A DNA stretch of 63,979 bases, filler included, from Reticulomyxa filosa (lineage: Eukaryota > Protista > Foraminifera): NCBI GenBank assembly GCA_000512085.1. It is 23 parts of 23 records of this genome, joined end to end, with 100 filler letters (N's around TTAATTAATTAA, not from the genome) between each part and the next. Parts side by side here need not be neighbours in the genome. Positions count along the whole stretch, not along the records: positions 9,464 to 14,798 come from ASPP01001642.1; positions 14,899 to 18,253 come from ASPP01041027.1; positions 18,354 to 19,751 come from ASPP01036152.1; positions 19,852 to 21,623 come from ASPP01000663.1; positions 21,724 to 24,152 come from ASPP01022111.1; positions 24,253 to 25,689 come from ASPP01018292.1; 17 more parts are not named here. One strand, 5' to 3'. Below are positions 12,068 to 24,405 of the stretch, piece by piece (position 1 is the first letter of the stretch; each line of letters begins with the position of its first letter). A program made the position numbers and the translations under genes. Below the pieces are notes generated by a model. It searched no databases. It was given only the letters and a program-made list of their open reading frames with translations, and had not been told where the DNA came from.

Positions 12068-14798
12068 TTATACCGAAGGGATTCTCTGACGACGTCTATA
12101 GATCATGCCCCTCCCCAAAAAAAAGAGGTCGTTTCATGTTGAATAAAGAAAGAAAAGATGGAGTGCGAAGAAAACAAGACCTTGGATGGATCTGCAAACT
12201 ACTCGATGATCAGCACCAGAGCTAACCAGAAATAGCCCAGAAGTAGGAATCATCATGAGATTGTCTTGGTAATGATTGCTCAAAGCAATGCTCGTAACCA
12301 TGCGATGTTTGTGAGGTCTGTCCATCCGCGCCAAGGTGACAGGCGAGCATTTGGACAGATCGTGCAGACTGTCTTTCGCAATAGACAGAGAGGACTGCGG
12401 GACCTGATTACTCTGTGATCGACGAACATGACTATGATCGACATCGTCCAAAAACCCAGTTTCACAAAGTCGCGTCTGATCTATGAAAGTGGTGTGCAAA
12501 TCGTGAATCATTATAGTGCCGTCGTCACTCGAGGATGCCATCAGTGAGTCATTTAAGCACAAGCCAGTCACAGCCTCTGTGTGATGTCCTTCCAGCTGCC
12601 AACGGCACGTAAACATATTACGCGCTTTTTGTTGCATCGGTGTATCTTTCATCCATTCTGCAGTCTGTGTGTCGACATCGATTGCATGGATATGGATATA
12701 CATTATTAATAAACATAAATATATATACATAAATATATATACATATATATATATACATACATATATATATTTATGTTTATTGATTTGATTAGAATATAAA
12801 GAAAGAAAGAAAAAAAGAATAAAAGGAACTTGATCGGAAAGTTTATTTTGTTTCCACAAGTAAATGTCTCCATTGCCATGGCCAGTAGTGATCCAATCTT
12901 CATTGACAGACCAAGCGATACTGGTAATGGACATTTCACCGGTGGCGCGATAATCGTCGGTGTGCAAGAACTTTGTCAAAGCATCGCTGTCGTTCGTGTC
13001 ATTGGAAACCCACACACGCGTGTCGACAATATGACCTGTGATTGTGTTCCTTGCGCCCGTCTTCTTGACCGTCGTTGCATCCAGTAACATTTGCACCTGA
13101 CATACCATCAATCGGCCATAATTGGTACCAATGGCCAAATAAAAGCCTTCGGGCGACAATGCCAACACGTTCACATACTCCTTGTCTCGCATTAGAGCAT
13201 TGATTGGACCACAGCTCATTGTGTTCTTCGTCGCCACGTCGACGATCGCCAATGTGCAGGGCTTGTCTGGTCTTTTTATTTGCTCCTCGACTCCATCCAA
13301 GTATTCCTCCTCGTCGTCATCCTCGTCCTCGTCGTTTTCTTTGTTTTGTTCTTCCTCGAATCTTTTCCTTGTGCTTTTTATTTCATTTGATATTTGATAT
13401 TTAATATTTGATATTTATTTTATGTTTTTTTTTTTTTTTAAATATTTCAATTTTTTGTACAAACAAAAATTACAATACCTCATCATAGCCACAAAGACTT
13501 TGGAGGAGTCTTTGGTGAAAGCCAGACCTCGGACAACAGGCTCAAAGTCGAGACGGACAATTTGTCGTGATATGACCCGTTGGATGTCGTGTCCATAGGC
13601 CGCCTCCAGTTCGTCTGACTTGTTTTCATCGAGTGGGATGTATGAATATGAATATGAGCATGAGCATGTTCGAGTGTTCAAAAACAAACAATCACATAGC
13701 ATACATGCATACAAAAAAAAAGAAAAAAATGATAAATATATATCTCGAACTTGAAAAACAAAGCGCTTTTCGTCTCGATACAACTGCAATTCAGGTATCC
13801 CTTCACTCTCTTCGTCATCGAAGCATGCGCAAGCAAGCAGTTCCCCGTTGGGAGATAGCTGAACGGCTTTGACGCCACTGCCAGTATTGATTTTGAAAAT
13901 GGCGTTCAAGTTTATTTCCCCGATTTCGTGAGTCATTTTTTATGCTTGGCTTCAGTCGACGTACCGTTTGTTCAATCCATTTGCGCTGCGGACTGTCTTC
14001 CATCAATTTCCCTATCGCCTTGTCAAAGCGTTCTTGTTCCAATTGCTCTTTTCCACTCACCGGACAAAATCGCCAAAACATTACACACCAATCGTCTCTA
14101 TTATTCATTTCAAGCGATATATGTATAAATATATACATATGTATATTTGTACATATAATGTGTTCAATATTATTTCGATCCATTCTTTGTCATGTACAAT
14201 GTTTTATTTTTTTTTTTTTTTAACAATGAAAAGAGAGAAATACACTACCCGCAAGATATACAAATTCCATTTTGAACAGGATGATGAATAACTTGATTTA
14301 TCCACCTTTTTTTTTTTAAAAAAAAAAAAGACAGGAGGTAATTAAGGTACATGACCTCCTGCATCTTTCAAAAAAAAACGACCAAACAAACAATGAAAGA
14401 AAAAAGTTTTTTTCACCTAACAGAGTGTGTCCACGCAATTGATCAAAATCAGTTGTCATGAAACCAAATTCTTTAAATTCAAAACCCATTGCAGACATCC
14501 TTGCGTTTTGTCAATTTTAAATAATATATTTTAATAAATGAATAAATAATATATATATGTATATATATATATATAATATACATATATATATATATATGTA
14601 TGTGCACACGCCTCTTTTTATCTAAATGAAATAGCACTTCGTCCGAGAATCGTGATGACCTTCGGGGAAGTTGTTTATTTGGTTCATTGTTTGCCATTGT
14701 GGGATTGCCGTTACTGTTTTTGGTGTTCTCATTATTGTTATTGTTACCATTATCATTATTATTATTGTTATTGTTATTATCATTATTATTGCCATTAT
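12068..14798 (-). CDS. Multi-exon WD40-repeat protein
   Basis: WD motifs VKAVQLSPNGELLAC, VNVLALSPEGFYLAIG, ITSIAWS..WITTGHGNGDIYLW, EGHHTEAVTGLCL..ASSSDDGTIMIHD. Exons are separated by TA-repeat introns. Poly-Asn codons run into the contig end. Confidence 0.75.
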
Positions 14799-14898
14799 NN
14801 NNNNNNNNNNNNNNNNNNNNNNNNNNNNNNNNNNNNNNNNNNTTAATTAATTAANNNNNNNNNNNNNNNNNNNNNNNNNNNNNNNNNNNNNNNNNNNN

Positions 14899-15825
14899 AT
14901 GAACATTTGTATTATCATTACTCAAAATTGAAAAAGATGCATATATTTTCATTGGCAATGTAAGTTTGCATTCATTCCATGTTTTCTCTTTCATTGAATA
15001 CTTATTTACATTTTTTATTTTTTCTTCTGTGATCTTATTTCTTCCTCCAAATAAAAATATAAAATCATAAAGATACACAAATGAATAAAAAGTAAAATCA
15101 TTCAAAACAGAACAAATTGGTAATTTTTCATAATTAAATATTTTGTTTTGTTCATCATATTTTATTAATAATCCTGTGTTTCGACAAAACAATATAAAGT
15201 GATTGGTTACTTTCTCATTATTCGTTGTTAATGGCACAAAGCAATGAAAATGGATTTCAAATTTGTGATTATCTTTTGGCATTATATCATTTTTAATTTC
15301 AGTCAATGGTTTCATTGTTTTCAAATCAATCACTTCAATGTTTTTTAGAAGATGTGTAACAAACAATAAATCATTATTTATTCCACCAATCAATCCACGC
15401 ACTCCTCTTAGGTCATCTTCTAATTTTCCAATGTTGGTGTCTTCATTATGTCGTATCCAAGTATTAAAAGATTGAACAATGGAATTATGTTCAGATTTGG
15501 AATCACCAATAATTTCCCATACATTTTTATATTTCATTGAAAATGTTTGTTTCGTTTCATTTGTATCTTGTCCTCCAAAAGATAATAAATGAATTTCATT
15601 GAGATTGTGCTGTGAATGAATCAATTGTACGACACAATGTCCATCGAGTTGGACATCACTGGGATAAGAGCAGATACATTTATATTGTTTTTTCAGAGTA
15701 TGGTAAGAATAACAGTCGTTAGTTTTATATCCTCCACAAATAAGGAGTTCATCCTTGAACAAAATACATTGTGAACTTCCCAAATGTGTGGGTAATTCAG
15801 GCAAATTTTGAAAGATGTCACTCAT
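14899..15825 (-). CDS. Kelch-repeat beta-propeller protein (3' truncated)
   Basis: LPELPTHLGSSQCILFKDELLICGG, HLLSFGG and FIFLFGG..YSMKEKTWNECKLTLP are Kelch GG/W motifs. Confidence 0.85.
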
Positions 15826-17029
15826 GTTTGATGAATTTTTTTTTTTTAAGTGTTACTATCCCTTCTTTTTTTTTGAGACGACAAACTGAAAGTATAATTG
15901 AAGGTAATCAAAGCAAGAATAAGGAAGATCCTTTGCTTTGATCAATATTTTCTTTTTTTTTTACATTTAAAACCCAGCAAAAGAGTTTAGACAAATAAGA
16001 CCTTGATTCTTTATCAAAAATTTAACATTTCGAGATACATAAACTAAATTAAAAAAATAACCAATTATTACTTCATAAATCAGCGAAGAAATTTGTGATT
16101 CAATGTCACTGAAATTATCTCCAATTCATTACCAGATAAATTCAAAAATCAGATTACACACAATAAATAGCATAATATTTAATAATGATAATTAAATTTT
16201 TTTATATGTTAGGAAAATTATACTATCCATAAATACAAACTGAATCTTGATTAAACCATAATACAAAATACCATAATCATGACTATTATTACATAAATTT
16301 CAAACATGTTATTTCGTCACTTCCTTTTGATTCCGTACAATTCTTGCTATTTGTATGTCCATAGAATGATCAGATCGAATATCCAATAAACAATCTATTT
16401 TCAGATGTCTAAAAATACAATAAATCAAATGATTGTTATAATATTTAAAGCAAAGAAATATGTAAGTAATATTCAATTCTCTTGAGATATTTTTACAACT
16501 TTGAAAAGATATAATTGACAAATCCGTAAATAGAAAATGGTATGTCAAGCTTAATATTCAATTGAAATAGATTCAAATTAAAAGGATAAGTGATTTTCGA
16601 ATGAAGAAAATCAAGAAATAAGTATTACATTGAATGAAATAAATAAGTATTGACATTTATGATTATTCATTTAATTTTAATAGTTTTCAACTAAATTTTC
16701 ATATCTGACTGAAAATTGCTATGTTCTGTTGCATAATTCACACATTTGGAAGATTAGACCATTTTGTGTCATCACCGCCAAATTATTTTAAATGAAGGTT
16801 GTTTCTTCCACATCTTTTTCCGATTCAATAATATTATCGTTCATATTGACCAATTCAAGCTTTAAATGATTATTTATCATTTTTTGAATGTCTTTCCATT
16901 CCAAGCACTTATAATTTTAACGAAAAATTTGTTCACTACCACATATGCTGTCAACTATTTTGTATTTTGTTATTGTAATTTAGATGGAAAAAAAAAAAAG
17001 ACACTATTTATCAACTTCATTCTCTTCAT

Positions 17030-17650
17030 TACTGTCTTCATTGATTGCAGTGAGACTCAATTGAGAAACAAATTAAATCAATATCATCTTTTGTGATTTC
17101 ATTTTTCCATTTGTGTTTATTCATCCTCATTACCATTGTTCTCTCCTTCCACTTACAATCAAATTCCTTTTTCATTTCTTCTTTACTCAAACATTCTCTC
17201 AGTTCAGTTTTCATATGTGTTGACACAGCTCCTTTGTTTGTCTTCACTCAATATTGCAACAAAATTGGGTAAAGTGTTTTGAAATGTCTGTCATCCATTT
17301 GTTTTCTCAAATTGAATACTTGTGCACTAATTTTGAGATATAACAGTAATTCGAATAAGGTGATATTATTGATGCACACATGACAAACAGCTATTTGACA
17401 AAATTGAAAAGTGTTGTTATCTTTAACATATTCAATTGATAATCCTACCACCAATCAATTGAATGATTATGATTGTCTATGAAAGGGATCCATTGATTGT
17501 AATTGTTTAATCCATTTAATTTTTACATATTTCATCATCAATGTATATTTATTTTCTCCAATATAATTAGATCCAAAAGATAACAAAGTGATTTATCCTC
17601 GTAATTTAACACAACTTGGATATTCACAGATAAACTTGTATTCGTTTTTG
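17030..17650 (-). pseudogene. Kelch-family pseudogene with internal deletions
   Basis: Fragments YKFICEYP..ITLLSFG, IEYVKDNNTFQFCQIAVCH and AVSTHMKT are homologous to the 14899-15825 family but broken by stops and frameshifts. Confidence 0.65.
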
Positions 17651-17936
17651 AAAAAAATTCAATGTAAAAATATTATGTGTTTTTCAAAACAGAAAAAATA
17701 TATATCATGAATTAATACAAAGACAATCATGTTCAATTCTATAATTTATTTTTTCATTAATTATGCTGTTTAATTTTTATAAAAATATTGAATATAGAGT
17801 TTTCAATTTTTTAAACAACAAAGTAACATATAACACATTTTTAAATACTTATATTTAATCAAAAATTAAACAAGTTTAATATCACCTGATTTTTATTTCA
17901 ATAACACTTTCATTTCTTATTTGACAAAAAAGTAAA

Positions 17937-18253
17937 TTATCCCCAAATACGAATGGGACCTTTGAGTGAACAATAACACAAATTCAAATCATATGTGACA
18001 TTAATTGTATTCTCTTTCTTTTTCAATACAACAAATTTAAGACACAATATTCCACAATCTGCTTTATCATCTCCTTTGATCATATATAATTCATTCCTAT
18101 TTGATCGAATATCCCAAAAACGAATTGTATTATCATATGATCCAGAACATATCACATTTGAATTACCATTACTATTCTTTATTATAAATGGTGAATATTC
18201 AACAGACATTACAGTATCTGTATGTCCATTGAACACTTGAATTTGTTTACCAG
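17937..18253 (-). CDS. WD40-repeat protein, C-terminal part (5' truncated)
   Basis: FNGHTDTVMSVEYSP..ICSGSYDNTIRFWDIRS..LCYCSLKGPIRIWG; a paralog of the 5743 and 43234 genes. Confidence 0.85.
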
Positions 18254-18730
18254 NNNNNNNNNNNNNNNNNNNNNNNNNNNNNNNNNNNNNNNNNNNNTTA
18301 ATTAATTAANNNNNNNNNNNNNNNNNNNNNNNNNNNNNNNNNNNNNNNNNNNNAATATTTTATCTTTGGATTACTTCGTTTGTCTTCTTATTTGCTGTGT
18401 GCTCCCTTTTCCTTTTCGTCCCTTTGTCAGCCACAGCCGGGCCCACCCATTTCCTTAGATTTTTACACACTTTTTTTTTGATGACGCTGGATCGAGAGCA
18501 GTTGTTGCCTTATTTTCTTAGCCACATTCATCACGATCAAAAAGAAGGGGCTTTTTTGTTTATCGAATTACTTGTGTGTTTTCTCCAACTAGAGAAAAAA
18601 AAAATTCAAGTTTACCTGAATAGATTCCAAATGCTTTTTTGTACGTGGCAGGAAACAAAAAAAATAAGACAAGACAAAGCCAAAGCAATAAAATGCAGAA
18701 ATTTTTTTTTTTCTTTGAGTGAGATAGTTA

Positions 18731-19084
18731 TCATCGACAAACGCACGTCTGTCTGGATTTGAAGATGAAGCAAAAAAAATTTTTATTTGATAAAGCACCC
18801 TTATGTTTCTTCACTGATTTGTTGAGGTTGAGATTTTTCATTTTCTGTTGTGTCAGTACTTCTTGTTCCTTATTGCTTTCATTGGGAGCTACCTCTTTTT
18901 TATTTTCATTTTCTTCATCTGGGAAAACATAAGTATCGTCAATTCTCTCAGCTCGTCCTATTTTTTTGGTGTTGGTCTTGGTTTCAGATTTTTCCAGTCC
19001 TCGTTGTTGTTCTTTTTTGTTGTCATCTTCGCCAATAAATTTCTCCCAATCAATTTTGCATGAGATCTTTTTTTTTTGGTCCAT
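18731..19084 (-). CDS. Hypothetical charged protein fragment
   Basis: 117-aa Lys/Glu-rich ORF within coding-like sequence interrupted at homopolymers. Confidence 0.3.
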   Translation of the reverse strand: MDQKKKISCKIDWEKFIGEDDNKKEQQRGLEKSETKTNTKKIGRAERIDDTYVFPDEENENKKEVAPNESNKEQEVLTQQKMKNLNLNKSVKKHKGALSNKNFFCFIFKSRQTCVCR

Positions 19085-19851
19085 TTTTTTTTTTAAGAGT
19101 GGAAAGATCCAATATTGAATTGTAAATGTACAAACAAAAAAAGAACTTTATGATTCTTTGGGACCATTATGCATTCAAAGTTTCTTTTTTGAAAAAAGAC
19201 ATAACCATTTTGATTGAAAACTGGACTGTCTTTGGATTCACTGAAAATCGAAATTGATTTCTAATTGATACTGTTCGCCTCGTGAAGTGGCACTGAAACT
19301 TAGGGCTTCCATGTCACTTGCACTTTTAAGTTTGTATTAACCACATCTGCTAAGTCTATCTTCACAAAGATGTTCTTTTTATCTTGGCCCATAAAAAATT
19401 TGGAGTCAATGGTTTTGCTATTGCCATTCTTCTCTTTTTTTCATAAAATCTAGTTTCCCCTTGAAAAAAAATTCTGTACGGCTCAAAAAAGATAGAAATA
19501 CGGGCTATCGAGCAAAAATGTACAATTTCACGGTTTATCGATTTTGTTTGTGCAGAAATTATGCAATTTTATCTTTTTTTCAGAATTATAGCGTCAGCTT
19601 CGTTGATTAACACTCTCTTCCTTATTAGAAAAAGATTTTGCTGCTGAAAAAAAGTTAAATTATTTTTTAATGATTAAAACTTGAGCTTTTAATAAAGTAT
19701 TAATAATAACGAACGTCGTGGTTTTTCTTTTAAAAACTCGATTATTATTTTNNNNNNNNNNNNNNNNNNNNNNNNNNNNNNNNNNNNNNNNNNNNTTAAT
19801 TAATTAANNNNNNNNNNNNNNNNNNNNNNNNNNNNNNNNNNNNNNNNNNNN

Positions 19852-20499
19852 TTTCTACCATGGGTTCGCTTGATCAATATTCGTGCACTTTTATTTCAAT
19901 ACGAATCATTAAAATTCTTGGCTGGATCAAATGAATTGAACTTTGAAACTGTAGGATTATTTGTAAACGTAGAACTAGTGATTTTATTGGGATTATTTTG
20001 TCCATTGATTGTTCCGTTGTGTGCTATGGCGACTGTATCAAATATCTTGAACTTTCAGTATTTGTTAAACAAAAAAACCCAATCTGCGATACCATTGAAA
20101 GAAAGTCTTATCGAAAACAATAACACTTACAAACTATCTGATGAGATTCCTGCGTTCCCAATATCAATATTACTTGTGTCGTTTTTACTACAGCAACTTA
20201 TTTGGATATTTTCTGGTACACTAAGTGATAATCATTCCCATTTGATAAAGAATGCGTTTGGTATTGGATTTTCTATTGTTGATGTTTGTTTTATACTGGC
20301 TATTATTTCACGACGTTTTCATGTAATGCAAATATTGAAACAACAAAATATCTTTTCGAGTCTTTATAACAAATGTTCAAGAAAGAGAACATTTAAAAGT
20401 GAGTTAATAACAAGCAACGCTGAAAACGAAGATTCTATGCTGTATGAACCAGAATATCATTATATGCAGCCAATGGAAACGCTAAAAGAGGAGCTTTGA
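19852..20499 (+). CDS. Multi-pass membrane protein, C-terminal part
   Basis: Open from the contig start. Hydrophobic helices ELVILLGLFCPLIVPLCAMATVS, FPISILLVSFLLQQLIWIF and AFGIGFSIVDVCFILAII. Confidence 0.65.
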   Translation, partial: FLPWVRLINIRALLFQYESLKFLAGSNELNFETVGLFVNVELVILLGLFCPLIVPLCAMATVSNILNFQYLLNKKTQSAIPLKESLIENNNTYKLSDEIPAFPISILLVSFLLQQLIWIFSGTLSDNHSHLIKNAFGIGFSIVDVCFILAIISRRFHVMQILKQQNIFSSLYNKCSRKRTFKSELITSNAENEDSMLYEPEYHYMQPMETLKEEL

Positions 20500-21029
20500 G
20501 AAAAATATTTTGTTTAATGTAACAAAATACAAAATTGCTGTTTTTTAAATTACTATTTCATTTGACTTTTGTTTCTCAGCTTTTTGGTAGGATCATAATG
20601 TGTACGTATCACTAGAAAGTAAAGATAAAATACAAACTTTTAAACAAGCATAACAAAAAATCCATCCAATTTAATTTTCTTTTTCAAAGTATTATTTGTG
20701 CAACATTCTTCAATAATTATTTTGTTTATCTTGTTCATTCTTTCTGCACGGTCTTGAAAAAATAATCAAACTTTATTTTTTTGAGTAAAACAATTTTTAA
20801 AAAAACTTGACTTAAAAAAATGTACATATTTCTATAATCTGAAACAATTGCTTTTTTTTTTTTTGTGAATTTTTTTGCAATAACATTTAAAGGTGAATTT
20901 CTTCTTTTTGAGTGAATAAAAAAATGAAATAATTTTCAATGATTTGTAGATATCATAAACGCTATTTCTTAATTATTAAAATAATTACTTCATTCTGTCA
21001 TATTTGATAACAATTTTGTCAAGCTCATC

Positions 21030-21623
21030 AATCCATCCTAATTTTATTTTTAAAATTCGATTCCAATATTGGATAATAAGTTTTATTTCATTGTTTGACT
21101 ATTGATTATTTGTTCATTAATTGCACACAATAAAATGTATTTATGTTTGGGTAAAAAAAAATCTCTGTAAAAGATTAAAGAGAAATATTACCAAATGTGA
21201 GGCATCTCTCCATCTACTTGCTTTTGTCTTCATATGCGTTGATATTATATTATGTTTATCATTACTCCCTCCAATAATATGTATATGATTGTTGTCTTCA
21301 TTCAATACCGCAAAACAATCGTATTATGTTTAATAAATTGAAATGTATTTAAATCAAATACACTAATATCCTTTGATTTATAAGTGATAAATAGCAAATG
21401 ATTGTTGCTTCCGCCATTCAATGCACGCAATCTTCCGTAATTATCATAATATTCTCCAAAGTGAATTGGATTGTTTTGATTGTCTGTGAAAGGAATCCAT
21501 TGATTGCATTTCTTTGAATTATTCATTTCATTGCCATCATTGCCATTACTCCAAACGCTTACGTATTTCATCAAAAATACATGATTTCCACCAAAAGACA
21601 ATAAAGTGATTTCATTGTTATCT
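21030..21623 (-). pseudogene. Kelch-family pseudogene
   Basis: NEITLLSFGG..KYVSVWS..RALNGGSNNHLLFITY..DLNTFQFIKHNT jumps directly to the last-blade sequence EDNNHIHIIGG and HMKTK, which implies a large internal deletion. Confidence 0.7.
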
Positions 21624-21801
21624 NNNNNNNNNNNNNNNNNNNNNNNNNNNNNNNNNNNNNNNNNNNNTTAATTAATTAANNNNNNNNNNNNNNNNNNNNN
21701 NNNNNNNNNNNNNNNNNNNNNNNACTAACCAAAAAAAAATGTGTGACCCCTTTGATTTTTTTTTTTATTTCTCCTTCCCCCTTTTTTTTTTTCTCCCGAA
21801 A

Positions 21802-22498
21802 AGCCGTACAAGACGTGTGAACACGCACTATGCGCGAGGATATTTCCAATACAATATATTTATGGACAAGTCGTTGTTATTACCAAACTTGCGGACATAC
21901 TTCATGACGCGCCTCGACTTTAACGTTAATGTGAATTATGGCGACGAACACACGCAAGCCGAGTACACACGACAAATGGAAGTGTTTCGACTGTCCAATA
22001 TGCGAGATACACATTACGATTTCTATCCTTTTATTGATGTTAGCGTTTTTTATGTTGTTTGCAAAAATCATCCTGCATACATATACGTATATAAAAATAA
22101 GTACATATGTACCTTGTGCTGTCATGAAACAAAAAGCACACAGCAAAAAAAAAAAAAAAAAAAAGGTTCTTTAACTCATTTCAATTTTTTGGTTGTTTTG
22201 TTCTTAAAAAAAAGTTCCCGGACTGAAAAAGCACTTATTATGTGAGTCGGAACCAGGAGCTCGTCCAATGTTGATGTCGGCCACTTGGTTCGTGCTGATT
22301 TCTCTGATCGGATTGTCGCTTCCGTATCGATATTGGATGGATTCGAAAACGGGCAAATGCGCTTATTACTTTCAGAAAGAGGTCTATTGCCGCGTCCAAG
22401 TTGTTGAAGTCACACAAACCCAAGTCATCAACGTTAACGTTGTTATGCCCATTCCTACTTCTTCTCCTTATCCCACCAATCCTCCCATGTATACGTGA
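21802..22498 (+). CDS. TMEM151: TMEM151-family membrane protein, C-terminal exons
   Basis: TRRVNTHYA..FQY..DKS, TRLDF..YGDEHTQAEYTRQ..F, then PMLMSATWFVLISLIGLSLPYRYWMDSKT..YYFQK. This follows the TMEM151 C-terminal pattern (RVNTH..A; FW..SLL.LSWP.R). Intron at about 22039-22213. Confidence 0.7.
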
Positions 22499-22995
22499 GC
22501 CTTTTTTGTTCCAATGCTACATACTTTTGTAAAGGTTGTTTATAAAATAAAAGACATGCACGATTTTTCTTCATTATACGTACATGCTTTTGAAAGAATA
22601 CTTGTTTTTTTTTTTTTTTTAGATTTTTTTTTTATAATTGAACGAGCAACAGAATATCCGCATAGAAATTTCTTTAAAAAAGTCTCTCTCAGAATACACA
22701 ACAAAAAAAAATCAAAGTGAGAGTCCCACGGCACATAATTTTCTCTTTCTAAATAATGGTTGGAATTTTTCGCGGTCATTGGATCGGTGAGGATAACAAA
22801 AAACTTGCTTTGAAACATGTATAAAAGTATAAGATTCGTTTTTTCCGACACTGAAGAAATGAGCCTTTTCATCTTCAATCTCTAATTTTTTTGATCGAAA
22901 TAAATTATCTACTTGCAATTGTCCCAAAAAAGTTACAAATCTCAATCTTGGTGGTGTTATGCAGCAGAGATGGTTTTACAAATTTGTAAATTGGC

Positions 22996-23775
22996 TTAAA
23001 AAAAAATGAACAAGATAACACTTGGAAAATTCTGACAATGACACACAGAAACTAGAACATATGAAAAAGTAGTAACATCGTGCTTACTCAATCCATTTGA
23101 AATTTCTTGGTATCGATTCATAATTGATGATCGATCATATATTATTTGATTTAAAGCAATCACAGGGTCATTCATAATGGAATGTGGCAGTGGACATAAA
23201 TATTTTTTTGGAATACCTTCTTGTGAAACATCATTATCAAAAATAATTACATCGACTGGATATTTCTTGCAAAGTTGGACTAATGAATCATGAATAAGAC
23301 AAGCATGAGAAAATGTTTCAAATATATCCATCAAATCTTTTTTTGACATTTTCAATAAAGACGATCCATTGATTTTTTTTTCTTCAATAATTGCATTGTA
23401 TTGATTTATTTTTGATTTTTTACATTCTAATGTACGTCCAATGAAAATTGCAATTTCACGTGAATTCCATGTACTCCATTTTTTTTCTAACTCATTCCAT
23501 TTTTTTTCTACCCAATTCTGATTATCTTTAATCAATTTTTGTAATGTATCATTGAATTTATTAAATCCTTTCAATACTTTGTTGTTAAAGTCATGGATTT
23601 GGTTGATTACAATTCTTTGTTGTTCTGTTTGTTGTTTTTGAATTAATATCTTCATTTCGGTAGCACAAAGATCGTTATATTGGTCTATGCATTGCGTATA
23701 ATTTAAAATTGCTTTATCCACTTCACCTTTCAATTTTTCCTTTTCAAAACACTTTTCCTCAATTTCTTGTTGCAT
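22996..23775 (-). CDS. Coiled-coil + SAM + U-box protein (U-box end degenerate; may be a pseudogene)
   Basis: WSTWNSREIAIFI..EKKINGSSLLKMSKKDL is SAM-like. IPKKYLCPLPHSIMNDPVIALNQIIYDRSSI is U-box-like. Confidence 0.7.
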   Translation of the reverse strand: MQQEIEEKCFEKEKLKGEVDKAILNYTQCIDQYNDLCATEMKILIQKQQTEQQRIVINQIHDFNNKVLKGFNKFNDTLQKLIKDNQNWVEKKWNELEKKWSTWNSREIAIFIGRTLECKKSKINQYNAIIEEKKINGSSLLKMSKKDLMDIFETFSHACLIHDSLVQLCKKYPVDVIIFDNDVSQEGIPKKYLCPLPHSIMNDPVIALNQIIYDRSSIMNRYQEISNGLSKHDVTTFSYVLVSVCHCQNFPSVILFIFF

Positions 23776-24252
23776 TGACTTTTGTCTTTCAGATATTTTT
23801 TCAAACTCTTGTGATACATTATTAAAATCTACCTACATATTCAAATAGCTAAATTTTTATAAATGAATAATATATAATAATACAAACAAAAATGAATATA
23901 AATTAAACATTGATAGATGATTGATGAAAAAGTAATTTTTTAATGGTAAATGAAATATTCCGCATTCGAATCAAATCATTTTCTTTAGTTTGCTGAAACT
24001 CACCATCATAACTCCAAATATCACTCCAATTCATTTGAGTCAATTCCGTTCTTTTTTCTTCATCCCATTCTTTCAATTTCTTTTCCGATATTTTCTATTT
24101 GAGTTTTTATCTCTAACAATCTCACTGGAATTTCTATCACACAATTATTTTCNNNNNNNNNNNNNNNNNNNNNNNNNNNNNNNNNNNNNNNNNNNNTTAA
24201 TTAATTAANNNNNNNNNNNNNNNNNNNNNNNNNNNNNNNNNNNNNNNNNNNN

Positions 24253-24405
24253 ATAGGTCCAGGCCTCCTGCGCGCCGGCGAGACTCTGAAGCAGACCTCC
24301 CAACGGATCGAGCCCGAGGGTCAGCACTTCCAGCCGGTCCTCCCCCCGCAGCAACGGCGCCAACTCGCATGCGTCGGCTTCCGTGGCGGGAACCACGGAA
24401 ATCAC
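24253..24405 (-). CDS. T7 gp13/DUF2833-like (GNAT-fold) virion-associated protein, N-terminus
   Basis: GTG at 24405 overlaps the fibre TGA (GTGA), with GGAG upstream. It translates as MISVVPATEADACELAPLLRGEDRLEVLTLGLDPLGGLLQSLAGAQEAWTY. Confidence 0.7.
24379..24400. other. Perfect 8-bp inverted repeat (TTCCGTGG-CGGGAA-CCACGGAA) 1 nt after the tail-fibre stop
   Basis: Read directly from the sequence. There is no U-tract, and it lies inside the start of the next gene. Confidence 0.75.
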
